DNA from: an uncultured Verrucomicrobiae bacterium
GTDB lineage: Bacteria; Verrucomicrobiota; Verrucomicrobiia; Limisphaerales; UBA11358
Length of the DNA stretch: 64,000 bases
Reading direction: 5' to 3'
NCBI GenBank assembly: GCA_963820205.1
Contig: CAWFZJ010000024.1
Coordinates: 14-64,013, forward strand
How positions within the stretch are numbered: the first letter of the stretch is position 1; every line of letters begins with the position of its first letter. The notes under the pieces are model-generated. The model ran no database searches. It was not told the origin of the DNA and was given only the letters and a program-made list of their open reading frames with translations. Positions 1 to 9,242 of this stretch are shown here, in pieces. The position numbers and the translations under genes are program-made.

Positions 1-1211
1 TGCTTCGTTTCATTACGCTGTTTGAGAACCTGGATGATTCCGTCTGGAAGACGGTGCAGATTCCCGGCGGCTTTCAAGAATTGGGGGTTGCCGATGTTCC
101 GGCTGTCTGCTGGTTTCGCCGGGAGTTCACGCTTCCGAATCCATTGCCTCCCGGCAAGGGGACGATATTTCTCGGTGCGATAGAGAAAATGGACACCACG
201 TACATCAATAGTCATTGGGTCGGCGCCAGTTCCTGGGTGGAAAATCCGCGAGCCTATGCGATTGACAACGGCGTTCTGAAACCCGGCCGGAATGTTCTGG
301 TCGTGCGCGTGTTCAAGTTGAAACCACAGGGCGGGTTTCTGGCAAAACCGGATGCGTTGCGTTTGGTTCTTGGAGACGGGACCGTGATTCCCCTGGCCGG
401 TGAATGGAAAGGCGCGTTGAGTGTGGACGCCCGGCCACCGCATTCCCTGCCCTTAACCTTTGAAAATTACCCCACGATGCCTGGTGTTCTTTACGAAGGG
501 ATGATTCAACCGGTGGCTCCCCTGGCCATCACCGGCGCCATCTGGTATCAGGGCGAAGCCAATGCCGAACGGGCTTATCAATATCGAACTCTGCTCCCGG
601 CGATGATCGGTGACTGGCGGAAACTTTTCGGCCAGGGCGATTTTCCATTTTACATCGTCAGCCTGCCCGCCTTCATGCATCGCCGTGACCAGCCGGGCGA
701 CGATGCCTGGGCCGAATTGCGCGAGGCGCAGGCTTTGACCGCCGGGAAGGTGAAAAATTCCGGCCTGGCCGTCACCATTGACACCGGGGATGCCGACAAT
801 ATTCATCCGAAGGATAAACAAGTGGTCGGAGAACGATTGGCCTTGTGCGCCCTGGCGCAAACCTACGGCAAAAAAATTTCCGATGCCGGGCCAACCTTTG
901 CTTCACTGGAACATCTTCCGGGCGCGCTTAAACTTCATTTCCGCCATAACGATGGCGGGTTGGTGGTCAAAGGAGACAAACTGGAGGAGTTCTCCGTGGC
1001 CGGGAAAGACCGCCAATGGCATTGGGCCGATGCCAGGGTGGAAGGAGATTCAGTGATCATATCCTCTCGCTTGGTCTCGAATCCACTGGCAGTCCGCTAT
1101 GCATGGCAAGCCAATCCGGCGGCGACATTTTACAATGGGGCTGGATTGCCGGCGGTGCCCTTCCGCACCGACCAATGGCCGGAGATAACCAAGGGGCGCC
1201 AGCCTTGGTGA
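1..1211 (+). CDS. sialate O-acetylesterase-like (SASA/DUF303, SGNH-type) hydrolase, 5' end outside window
   Basis: The frame of ORF 54..1211 stays open back to base 3, so the gene begins upstream of the window. Motifs AIWYQGEANA, FYIVSLPAF and IHPKDKQVVGERLA are typical of the 9-O-acetylesterase family. Confidence 0.75.
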   Translation, partial: LRFITLFENLDDSVWKTVQIPGGFQELGVADVPAVCWFRREFTLPNPLPPGKGTIFLGAIEKMDTTYINSHWVGASSWVENPRAYAIDNGVLKPGRNVLVVRVFKLKPQGGFLAKPDALRLVLGDGTVIPLAGEWKGALSVDARPPHSLPLTFENYPTMPGVLYEGMIQPVAPLAITGAIWYQGEANAERAYQYRTLLPAMIGDWRKLFGQGDFPFYIVSLPAFMHRRDQPGDDAWAELREAQALTAGKVKNSGLAVTIDTGDADNIHPKDKQVVGERLALCALAQTYGKKISDAGPTFASLEHLPGALKLHFRHNDGGLVVKGDKLEEFSVAGKDRQWHWADARVEGDSVIISSRLVSNPLAVRYAWQANPAATFYNGAGLPAVPFRTDQWPEITKGRQPW

Positions 1212-1465
1212 ACGTGTCGGTCTTTCGCCGCACCAAGAATGATAATAGCCTCATATTATAACTGTTTGGAAAACCGCTTGGTTGGTAATCAACGATAATG
1301 ATTCGATTCTTCATTCTTAATCCAGCCACGAATATAATGATTTGTTCGCGGCTCGAACTTCATCCAATGGATTTTATTGTTGATTTAATTTGGCTGAGGT
1401 GTAAGAGCTTCCCGGTCGGAATTAATCGCCGTCTTCACGAGGCAACTCAACTTGTTCAAGCCATT

Positions 1466-3538
1466 ATGAAAACCCAACTGCAACCTTTGCTTCTCACGCT
1501 GGCGTTGTTTGTCGGCGCAACCACGCAACTCTTTGCCCAAGGCACGGCCTTCGCCTATCAAGGCCGGCTGAATATCAATGGCAGCCAGGCCAACGGACTT
1601 TATGATTTGCGCTTCACGGTTTGTGACGCGCTCACCAACGGCAACATTGTCGCCGGGCCGCTGACCAATTCCGCCACCGGCGTTACCAATGGCTTGTTTG
1701 CGGTGACGCTGGATTTCGGCGCCGGTGTTTTTAACGGGACGGCGCGCTGGCTGCAACTGGATGTGCGGACGAATGGCGCGGCATCGTTCACCACGCTGCT
1801 GCCGCTCCAGCAAGTCCTGCCGGGGCCATATGCCATCTTTGCGAACACAGCCAGCAATGTGAGCGGCACGGTCCCGGCGGCGCAGATTGCCGGAACAATT
1901 TTGAATGCTTCCCTGCCGGCCAGCCCCAGTTTTTCGGGGACGGTCGCAGCCGCCACCTTTGCCGGAAACGGCGCCAGCGTGACCAATTTGAACGCCAATA
2001 ATCTGGCCAGCGGCACGGTGCCGTTGGCGCGGTTGAGTGGCATCACGAGCAATCAACTGGACGCGGCGATCTGGCAACTGGCCACCAACTTGAACGGCGG
2101 CAACGCGGCTCTGGCCACGAATGTGGTGAGTGGCGTCGCCATCACCAATGCCTTCATCACCAACTCGATCTTTGCGGGCAACGGCACGGGGCTGACCAAC
2201 CTCAATGCCGCGCAATTGACCGGCACGGTGCCACTGGCGCAATTGCCGGCGGCGGTGGTTACCAATAACGAGACGGCCATCACCTTGAGCGGCACGTTCA
2301 CCGGCAACGTCATTGGCTCGGCAAGCGCGGCCACCAATTTCACAGGCGCTTTGAACGGCGATGTGACGGGAACGCAAAACGCCACGGTGGTTGCCGCCGT
2401 GGGCGGACAACCCGCGTCCAATGTGGCTGCCGGAGCCAGCGCAGCGAATAACGCCACGAGCGCCGCCACGCCCAACACCATCGTCGAACGCGACGCCGCG
2501 GGAGGTTTTTCGGCTACGAACCTCAATCTGAACGGCAGTTTGACCCTGCCAGCGGTTCCCACCGTTTACTCCGGCGGCAGTGTCTTGTTGCACGCCGATG
2601 GCAATGCCAATTTCTTCGCCGGGCCGAATGCGCGGAACTTGGCCACAATCTGCGCGAACAACACCGCCATGGGGTATTGCACACTCACCAATAACCATGC
2701 CAACAACAACACCGCCATCGGCTCCCTGGCGCTTTCGGCCAACACGAACGGGGTCCACAACACCGCCATCGGCGTGAATGCGTTGCAGAACAACCTCGGC
2801 GGCGGGGCGAACATGGCCAGCGGCGGCGCGGCGCTGGCCAGCAACATCACCGGCAACAACAACACCGCCGCCGGGGATTCGGCGCTCAACTCGAACACTA
2901 ACGGCAACTTCAACACGGCCGCCGGCTACGCGGCGCTGTTCAGCAACACAAGCGGGAATTACAGCATCGGCCTGGGCTTTGAAGCCGGGATGTATGTCAT
3001 CGGCAGCAGCAACATTGACATCGGCAATTTTGGTGTCGCCACCGACACCAACATCATCCGCATCGGTTCGGCCCAGACCAGCACATTCATCGCCGGCATT
3101 TCCGGCGCAACCGCCGCCAGCGGAGTCGAGGTTTTTGTTAATCCCTCCGGGCAACTCGGCACGTTGACTTCTTCGCAAAGATACAAACAGGACATCCGCA
3201 ACATGAACGATGCGAGCGATGCGCTGCTCGCGTTGCATCCCGTCACCTTTCGCTACAAGCCGGACATTGATCCGGCGGGCATCCCGCAATTCGGCCTCGT
3301 CGCCGAAGAAGTGGAAAAAGTAAATCCGGATCTGGTCGCTCACGACGACCAGGGCCGGCCCTACACCGTCCGCTACGAAGCCGTTAACGCGATGCTCCTG
3401 AACGAATTCCTCAAGGAGCACAAAAAAGTCGAGGCGCAGAACACGGAGATTCAGGACTTGAAACAACAGAATGATGCTCTCGCAACACGGTTGAATGAGC
3501 TGGAGTCAACGGTTAAATCACTCGCCGAAAAGAAATGA
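1466..3538 (+). CDS. secreted tail-fibre-like surface protein with YadA/Hep_Hag-like head repeats and a C-terminal Peptidase_S74 intramolecular chaperone domain
   Basis: ATG 1466 gives a signal-peptide-like start (MKTQLQPLLLTLALFVGATTQLFAQG); the tracked start at 1298 is upstream read-through. The centre carries NTA(I/A)G..AL..NT.G repeats. The C-terminus (SSQRYKQDI..HPVTFRYK..GLVAEEVEKVNPDLV..NEFLKEHKK plus a coiled coil) matches the self-cleaving chaperone of phage tail fibres and endosialidases. Confidence 0.8.
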   Translation: MKTQLQPLLLTLALFVGATTQLFAQGTAFAYQGRLNINGSQANGLYDLRFTVCDALTNGNIVAGPLTNSATGVTNGLFAVTLDFGAGVFNGTARWLQLDVRTNGAASFTTLLPLQQVLPGPYAIFANTASNVSGTVPAAQIAGTILNASLPASPSFSGTVAAATFAGNGASVTNLNANNLASGTVPLARLSGITSNQLDAAIWQLATNLNGGNAALATNVVSGVAITNAFITNSIFAGNGTGLTNLNAAQLTGTVPLAQLPAAVVTNNETAITLSGTFTGNVIGSASAATNFTGALNGDVTGTQNATVVAAVGGQPASNVAAGASAANNATSAATPNTIVERDAAGGFSATNLNLNGSLTLPAVPTVYSGGSVLLHADGNANFFAGPNARNLATICANNTAMGYCTLTNNHANNNTAIGSLALSANTNGVHNTAIGVNALQNNLGGGANMASGGAALASNITGNNNTAAGDSALNSNTNGNFNTAAGYAALFSNTSGNYSIGLGFEAGMYVIGSSNIDIGNFGVATDTNIIRIGSAQTSTFIAGISGATAASGVEVFVNPSGQLGTLTSSQRYKQDIRNMNDASDALLALHPVTFRYKPDIDPAGIPQFGLVAEEVEKVNPDLVAHDDQGRPYTVRYEAVNAMLLNEFLKEHKKVEAQNTEIQDLKQQNDALATRLNELESTVKSLAEKK

Positions 3539-3545
3539 GGCCTTT

Positions 3546-4109
3546 ATGAAACTGCCAATCTTAAAAATCAAAGCTGACGGACGGTGGGCGCGAAGCGTCT
3601 TGGAGTGGGGTGACGTGTCACCGCTTTCCCCCGGCGCGACTGGTCGCGTCGTTCCAAAGCGCGGACTTGTCCGCGCACTCCCCAAGCTGCTGCTCTATTT
3701 CTGCCTTTTGACTTCAGCCTTCAGCTTTCGGGCCTGGGGACAAAGCTACAACATTGACTGGTACAAAGTCTCCGGAGGCGGCGGCACGAGCACGGGTGGA
3801 GTCTATTCCATCAGCGGCACCATCGGCCAGCCGGATGCGAGCGGCTCGATGACCGGCGGCAACTACTCGCTCACCGGCGGGTTTTGGGCGCTCTACGCCG
3901 TGCAAACGCCGGGGGCGCCGTTGCTGGCCATCACCTATGCCGGCAACCAAGCGGTGGTGTCATGGGACCCCTCGATCGTGGGTTGGACGCTGCAAACCAA
4001 CGTCAATCTCTCCACGGCGGCGTGGGGCAACTATCTCGGCGCCGTCGTCAACAACCGCGTCACCAATGCGCCGCCCAAGGGCAATCTGTTCTTCCGGTTG
4101 AAGCAATAG
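3546..4109 (+). CDS. hypothetical secreted protein (GG.Y.L.GGFW motif, C-terminal FFRL module)
   Basis: ATG 3546 lies 8 nt after the stop of the upstream gene, suggesting an operon. There is a hydrophobic stretch LLLYFCLLTSAFSFRAWG. The first ~45 codons overlap a REP-like sequence (GDVSPLSPGATGRVVPKRGLVRALPK), so the true start may be further downstream. Confidence 0.5.
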   Translation: MKLPILKIKADGRWARSVLEWGDVSPLSPGATGRVVPKRGLVRALPKLLLYFCLLTSAFSFRAWGQSYNIDWYKVSGGGGTSTGGVYSISGTIGQPDASGSMTGGNYSLTGGFWALYAVQTPGAPLLAITYAGNQAVVSWDPSIVGWTLQTNVNLSTAAWGNYLGAVVNNRVTNAPPKGNLFFRLKQ

Positions 4110-4421
4110 CCAGCAGCCATTCGGCCAGCTAGGCGGCAACCATTGTGAATCGGGCATTGCGCCGGGTGCGCGATAAAGACCGCCGTCATTGACACCGGCG
4201 TTTTTGTCGCCACCGTCTTCCGGCGTCACGAGCCGCTCCTGCGCCTGAAATCAATGAGCAGGAAACGTCCTGCCAGCTCCATATTTTACAATGGCTAATG
4301 CTATAATTTATCACATCTAATGATATTATTTGTTTGAATTAGATTCGGCTGACAGGTAAAAACCGCGCCCAAAAGAAAGAACCGCCGTCTTCACTAGGTC
4401 ACTCAACCTGATAAAGCGATT

Positions 4422-6275
4422 ATGAAAATAAAACTGCATTATTTGCTTCTCACGCTGGCGTTGCTGGCACTCTCAACCCTCAACTCTCAACTCTCAACCG
4501 CCTTCGCACAAGGCACGGGCTTCACCTATCAAGGCCGGTTGAACAGCGGCGGCAGCCCGGCCAGCGGCATCTATAACCTGACCTTCTCGCTGTTCACCAC
4601 GAATACCGGCGGTGCCGCCATCGCCGGGCCGGTCACCAACAATGCCGTGGTGGTCACCAACGGCCTGTTCACAACGATGGTTGATTTTGGGCCGGGTGTG
4701 TTCACCGGTGGCAGCAACTGGCTTCAGATTGGGGTGGCGACCAACGGGGCCAGTGCGTTCATTGCGCTGATGCCGCGCCAGCAGTTGACACCCACGCCGT
4801 ATGCGATTTACGCGGAAAGCGCCAACGCTGCGGACCTGAGCGGCACGCTGCCGGTGAGCCAGGTCAGCGGGGTGGTGCCGCTCGCTCAATTGCCCGTGGC
4901 TGTGATGACGAATTTCGCCACGAGTGCTTCCTTGTCCGGTTTGTTCGCGGGCAGCTTTGGCGGCTCCTTCTACGGCGACGGCACGGGGCTAACCAGCGTA
5001 AACGCGGCAGCGTTGAACGGGTTGAATGCCTCGAGCTTCTGGACGACCAACGGCAACGCGGGGGCCAACCCGACCAACGGCGCCTTTCTCGGCACGACTG
5101 ACTATCTGCCTTTGGAATTCCATGTCATCAACCACCGCGCCCTGCGCATTGAACCCGTGCAGCAAACAAAAATTTCTATAGGCCATAATTATTCCAACGT
5201 CGTTAATATCGTGGGCGGCTCATCAGTCAATTACATCGCTTCGGGCGTTAATGGCTCGGTAATTAGCGGCGGTGGCTCGGTGGATAATTATTTTGACGGT
5301 CTTGAAACTAACTGCATTACCATACTCAATAGCGTGGCTGCTGACTTCTGCTTCCTCGGCGGCGGTGAAGGCAATTCCATCCAGTTGGGAGCAAGGTTCT
5401 CCGTCCTCGGCGGCGGTTACACCAATTCCATCCAGACGAATGCCATCTACTCCTTCCTCGGCGGCGGTGACTACAATTCCATCCAGACGAATGCCTACGA
5501 ATCCGTCCTCGGCGGCGGCGGCGCCAATTCCATCCAGACGAATTCTTACGACTCCTTCCTCGGCGGCGGCTGGAACAATTCCATCCAGGCGAATGCCTAT
5601 TTCTCATTCCTCGGTGGTGGCACAAACAATTTCATCCAGCCGAATGCCTTCGACGCCACCCTCGGCGGCGGAGCGAACAATCAGGTCGGCGGCGCGGGCG
5701 CCACCGTGCCCGGTGGCAACGGCAATGCCGCCAACGGGGTCAACAGTTTCGCTGCCGGCACCGACGCCCAAGCCCTCTACAACGGCGACTTCGTCTTGAC
5801 CGACTGTCACTACACGGATTTTGCCTCCACGGCGGCCAACCAGTTCTGCGCCCGTTTCTATGGCGGCTACCAGTTATACAGCGGCGCCAGTTCCGGCGTG
5901 CAAGTGGCGGCCGGGGGCGGGTCGTGGACCAGCCTGAGCGACCGTAACGCCAAGGAGGCGTTTGAGCCGGTGAACGCGCAGGTGGTGCTGGACAAAGTGG
6001 CCGCGCTGCCCCTGAGCACCTGGAAATACAAGAGCCAGGACGCCTCCATCCGCCACATCGGCCCGATGGCGCAGGACTTCAAAGCCGCCTTCGGCGTGGG
6101 CGAGACGGACACCGGCATTACGACGGTTGACGCCGACGGCGTGGCGCTGGCCGCCATCCAGGGCTTGAACCGGAAATTGGAAGAAACCGTGAAACAAAAG
6201 GATGCGGAGATTCAAGACCTGAAACAAAGCGTGGCGGAGCTAAAAGCGGTGGTTGAGAAACTGGCCGTTAAATAG
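4422..6275 (+). CDS. secreted tail-fibre-like surface protein, paralog of 1466..3538, with 17-aa tandem repeats and a Peptidase_S74 chaperone domain
   Basis: It has a signal peptide (MKIKLHYLLLTLALLALS..AFAQG). The N-terminal ~110 aa align with the 1466 gene (AQGT.F.YQGRLN..G....G.Y.L.F......G...AGP.TN...V.NGLF). The C-terminus (SDRNAKEAFEPVN..LPLSTWKYK..IGPMAQDFKAAFG..GVALAAIQGL plus a coiled coil) is S74-like. Confidence 0.8.
   Translation: MKIKLHYLLLTLALLALSTLNSQLSTAFAQGTGFTYQGRLNSGGSPASGIYNLTFSLFTTNTGGAAIAGPVTNNAVVVTNGLFTTMVDFGPGVFTGGSNWLQIGVATNGASAFIALMPRQQLTPTPYAIYAESANAADLSGTLPVSQVSGVVPLAQLPVAVMTNFATSASLSGLFAGSFGGSFYGDGTGLTSVNAAALNGLNASSFWTTNGNAGANPTNGAFLGTTDYLPLEFHVINHRALRIEPVQQTKISIGHNYSNVVNIVGGSSVNYIASGVNGSVISGGGSVDNYFDGLETNCITILNSVAADFCFLGGGEGNSIQLGARFSVLGGGYTNSIQTNAIYSFLGGGDYNSIQTNAYESVLGGGGANSIQTNSYDSFLGGGWNNSIQANAYFSFLGGGTNNFIQPNAFDATLGGGANNQVGGAGATVPGGNGNAANGVNSFAAGTDAQALYNGDFVLTDCHYTDFASTAANQFCARFYGGYQLYSGASSGVQVAAGGGSWTSLSDRNAKEAFEPVNAQVVLDKVAALPLSTWKYKSQDASIRHIGPMAQDFKAAFGVGETDTGITTVDADGVALAAIQGLNRKLEETVKQKDAEIQDLKQSVAELKAVVEKLAVK
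5355..5690 (+). repeat. 6.5 tandem copies of a 51-bp (17-aa) coding repeat, LGGG..NSIQ.NA..S.
   Basis: Units start at 5355, 5406, 5457, 5508, 5559, 5610 and 5661, each opening with ctcggcggcgg. The array is in frame inside CDS 4422..6275. Confidence 0.9.
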
Positions 6276-6294
6276 GAGGCAACATAAAAATGAT

Positions 6295-7494
6295 TCAACG
6301 ATTTTTCAGCCACCGCAGCCGGCCCAGCCGCTGTTCGAGGCGCGGCAGATAGTGGAACAGGAACGGGTTGAGCATGATGGAAATCATCGCCGCCGCCACG
6401 AGCTGGTGGCCGGCATCCGCTGGCAGCATTTTCAATTCGTTGGCCGCGCGGATGAGGATGAAGGAAAACTCGCCAACTTGGGCCAATCCGACGGCGACCA
6501 CCAGCGCGGTGTGCAATGACTGGCGAAACAATAGCGCCAGAACCAGCGCGGTAAACGGTTTGATCAGGAGAATGACGGCCAGGGCGAACAACAACTGGAA
6601 CGGGTGGGTGGCAACGTAATGCGGATTGACCAGCGTTCCGATCGAGAGAAAAAACAGCGCGGTAAACAGGTCGCGCAGCGGCAGGACCGTCTCTTTGACC
6701 CGCTCGACCAATTGTGATTGACCCGCCACCACGCCGGCCAGGAAGGAGCCGAGCGCCAGGGAGACGCCGAAAAATTCCGAGCCGGCCCACGCAATCCCCA
6801 GGGCCACCGCCGGCACCGCCAGGTTGAACATTTCACGCGAGCCTGCCACCTTGCCCAGGAGCCAGGGCACGAGCCGCAGGCCGAGAATTCCCACCAGCGC
6901 CATGAGCAGAACCAGCTTGCCCAGCGCCGCGCCCAGACTCCCGGCCAGCGACGGCCAATCGCCCGCCATGCCCTGCCGCGCCGCCAATATCGGCAGCCCG
7001 ATCAGCACGATTACCGTGAACACGTCCTCCACCACCAGCCACCCGATCGCCAGCCGGCCGGCGGGAGAGGAGAGTTCATCATGATCCGTGAGCATGCGCG
7101 CGAGCACCGCCGTGCTGGCCACCGAAAACGCCAGTCCCACCACCACCGCCTGCTCCCAGGTCAATCCGGCCAGGCGGGAAGCGCCGGTCACCACCGCCGT
7201 CGCCACCAGACTCTGCATCAGGGCGCCGGGCACGGCGACATTGCGGACGGCGAAAAGCTCGCGAAAATTGAAATGCAACCCCGTGCCGAACATCAGGAAC
7301 ACCACGCCGATGTCCGCCATCTGCTCCGCGATTTCAGCCTTGGCGACAAATCCGGGTGTGAACGGACCGCAAATGATTCCGGCGAAGAGGTAGCCGACGA
7401 TGGGGGAAAAGCGGATGCGGGTGGCCAGGTAACCGCAAAACAGGGCGACCCCCAGGCACACGGCCAGGTTCAACAACAGACCCTCATGGGACAT
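6295..7494 (-). CDS. cation:proton antiporter (CPA2/Kef-type membrane domain, no TrkA domain)
   Basis: 399-aa polytopic membrane protein. The N-terminus LAVCLGVALFCGYLATRIRFSPIVGYLFAGIICGP is typical of the KefB/YbaL-type Na_H_Exchanger family. Confidence 0.8.
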   Translation of the reverse strand: MSHEGLLLNLAVCLGVALFCGYLATRIRFSPIVGYLFAGIICGPFTPGFVAKAEIAEQMADIGVVFLMFGTGLHFNFRELFAVRNVAVPGALMQSLVATAVVTGASRLAGLTWEQAVVVGLAFSVASTAVLARMLTDHDELSSPAGRLAIGWLVVEDVFTVIVLIGLPILAARQGMAGDWPSLAGSLGAALGKLVLLMALVGILGLRLVPWLLGKVAGSREMFNLAVPAVALGIAWAGSEFFGVSLALGSFLAGVVAGQSQLVERVKETVLPLRDLFTALFFLSIGTLVNPHYVATHPFQLLFALAVILLIKPFTALVLALLFRQSLHTALVVAVGLAQVGEFSFILIRAANELKMLPADAGHQLVAAAMISIMLNPFLFHYLPRLEQRLGRLRWLKNR

Positions 7495-7923
7495 TCCTAA
7501 GTGTCGTTGAAATCACCAACGACAACAAGTCTGGCCTGCTGGCGCGTCTCAATTTTGAGCCGGTGTTTGGTTCCGAAGGAACAAGTGAGAATAGTCCGGC
7601 ATTTTAATGCCGGTCCCGGTTGAAAAAACCGAGTCCCGCAGGGACGGCTGAACTGAGATGCGTCTTCCGCCGAAGGGCGCAAAATAACACCGTCTCTGGA
7701 GCGCGGCTTGTCCCAAGCCGCAGCACCGGCAAATGCAAGAGCCGGCTGGAAAGTTTTTATGAACAGGTTTCCGCGAATGGAACTGCTGCGAGTTGGGACA
7801 ACTCGCGCTCCGGCTTTCAACATGAATTCAAATTAATCAAAACGGGACACTGGAATTCACTTTACTCGCCGCGTTTCTGCGGTATCCTTCCGCTTCTGAA
7901 TTTTTCATAATCAGCACAAATTT

Positions 7924-9204
7924 ATGGCAAAACTTACGGTTCGTGATCTGGATGTCCGCGGCAAACGCGTTTTCATGCGCGTGGATTACAACGTGCCGCT
8001 GGAGGAAAAGGATGGCCAGATGGTCATCACCGATGCCACGCGCATCGTCGAAACGCTGCCGACGCTCAAGCTGCTCATCGAACGCGGCGGCAAATTGATT
8101 TTGACCGCGCATCTTGGCCGGCCCAAGGGCAAACGCGACGCGACGATGTCGCTGAAACCGGTCGCGGCCAAATTGTCCGAGCTGCTCGGCAAACGCGTCG
8201 GGTTCGTGGACGATTGCATCGGCGAAAAAGTCGAAACGGCCGTGGCCGGCATGAAGGACGGCGACGTGTTGCTGCTCGAAAACGTCCGGTATTACAACGA
8301 GGAGGAGAAAAACGACCCGGCGTTCGCCGAAAAACTGGCGAAGGTCGCCGACGTTTATGTGAATGACGCCTTTGGCGCGGCGCATCGCGCGCACGCCTCG
8401 ACCGAGGGCGTGGCCCGCGTGGTCGCCAAACGCGGCGGCAAGTGCGCCGCGGGTTTGCTGATGGAGCGCGAATTGAAATTTCTCGGCGATGAACTGGAGA
8501 ATCCGGCGCGTCCGTTCGTGGTCATTCTCGGCGGCGCAAAGGTTTCGGACAAAATCAAGGTCATTGACCGGCTGCTCGAAAAGGCGGACACGATTTTGAT
8601 CGGCGGCGCGATGGCTTACACGTTCCGGCTGGCACAGGGTTACAAGACCGGCAAATCGCTGGTGGAACCGGACGCGACCGGCACCGCCAAGTCCGCGCTG
8701 GCCAAAGCCAAGGCGAAGAACGTGAAGTTCCTGCTGCCCTGCGATGACGTCATTGCCACGCCGGTCAAGACCGACAAGCTCGACAAGAAGGGCAAGCCGG
8801 TCATTGACTTCCAAAATCCGAGGACCAACGGCGACATGAACTGCCCGGACGACGCGGCTGGACTCGACATCGGCCCCGCCACGGCGATGGCCTATGCGGA
8901 CGAGATAGCGAAAGCGAAGACAATTTTGTGGAACGGCCCGATGGGTTTGTTCGAGAACAAACAATTTGCCGCCGGCACCAATGCCATCGCGCAGGCGGTG
9001 GCCGACGCCACGCAGAAGCGCGGCGCGAAGAGCATCATTGGCGGCGGCGACAGCGTGAAGGCGCTCAACAAGATTAAACTGGGCGACAAGGTGACCTTCA
9101 TGAGCACCGGCGGCGGCGCGAGTTTGGAATTTTTGGAAGGCGCGGTCCTGCCCGGCGTTGCGGCGTTGAGCGATCAGAGCAGTTGCTGTTGCTGTTCGCA
9201 CTGA
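7924..9204 (+). CDS. pgk: phosphoglycerate kinase
   Basis: MAKLTVRDLDVRGKRVFMRVDYNVPL, LTAHLGRPKG and GGGDSV..STGGGASLEFLEG. It is full length. Confidence 0.95.
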   Translation: MAKLTVRDLDVRGKRVFMRVDYNVPLEEKDGQMVITDATRIVETLPTLKLLIERGGKLILTAHLGRPKGKRDATMSLKPVAAKLSELLGKRVGFVDDCIGEKVETAVAGMKDGDVLLLENVRYYNEEEKNDPAFAEKLAKVADVYVNDAFGAAHRAHASTEGVARVVAKRGGKCAAGLLMERELKFLGDELENPARPFVVILGGAKVSDKIKVIDRLLEKADTILIGGAMAYTFRLAQGYKTGKSLVEPDATGTAKSALAKAKAKNVKFLLPCDDVIATPVKTDKLDKKGKPVIDFQNPRTNGDMNCPDDAAGLDIGPATAMAYADEIAKAKTILWNGPMGLFENKQFAAGTNAIAQAVADATQKRGAKSIIGGGDSVKALNKIKLGDKVTFMSTGGGASLEFLEGAVLPGVAALSDQSSCCCCSH

Positions 9205-9242
9205 GCGGATGTTCGAGAACGAGGACGAGGACGATTTGAAAC

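Noticed and set aside
1385-3466. Very long antisense or overlapping ORFs, for example 1385-3466(-), 7837-9201(-), 15568-16314(-), 21108-22511(-), 35469-36764(+), 39274-40449(+) and 55365-56783(-).
   Set aside because: Each lies opposite a gene with clear family motifs. Their translations are Arg/Ala/Gly/Pro-rich with no recognisable motifs. This is the usual shadow-ORF effect in GC-rich DNA.
5355-5690. The tandem repeats at 5355-5690 and 22836-22880 as a possible CRISPR array.
   Set aside because: The units are contiguous with no unique spacers. The first array is in frame inside a CDS, and the second has only three 15-bp units. No cas genes are present in the window.
1466-6275. The tail-fibre-domain genes as evidence of a prophage or phage-tail-like particle.
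   Set aside because: No capsid, portal, terminase, sheath/tube, baseplate, integrase or lysis genes are nearby. Both proteins have Sec-type signal peptides, and the flanking genes are an esterase and an antiporter. The region upstream of base 1 is unseen, so a prophage cannot be excluded completely.
7497-7823. The 108-aa ORF and others in the 420-bp gap upstream of pgk.
   Set aside because: The region is made of hairpin repeats (ccggcattttaatgccgg, and gagtcccgcagggac-type sequences) that also occur elsewhere in such genomes as extragenic repeats. There are no protein motifs.
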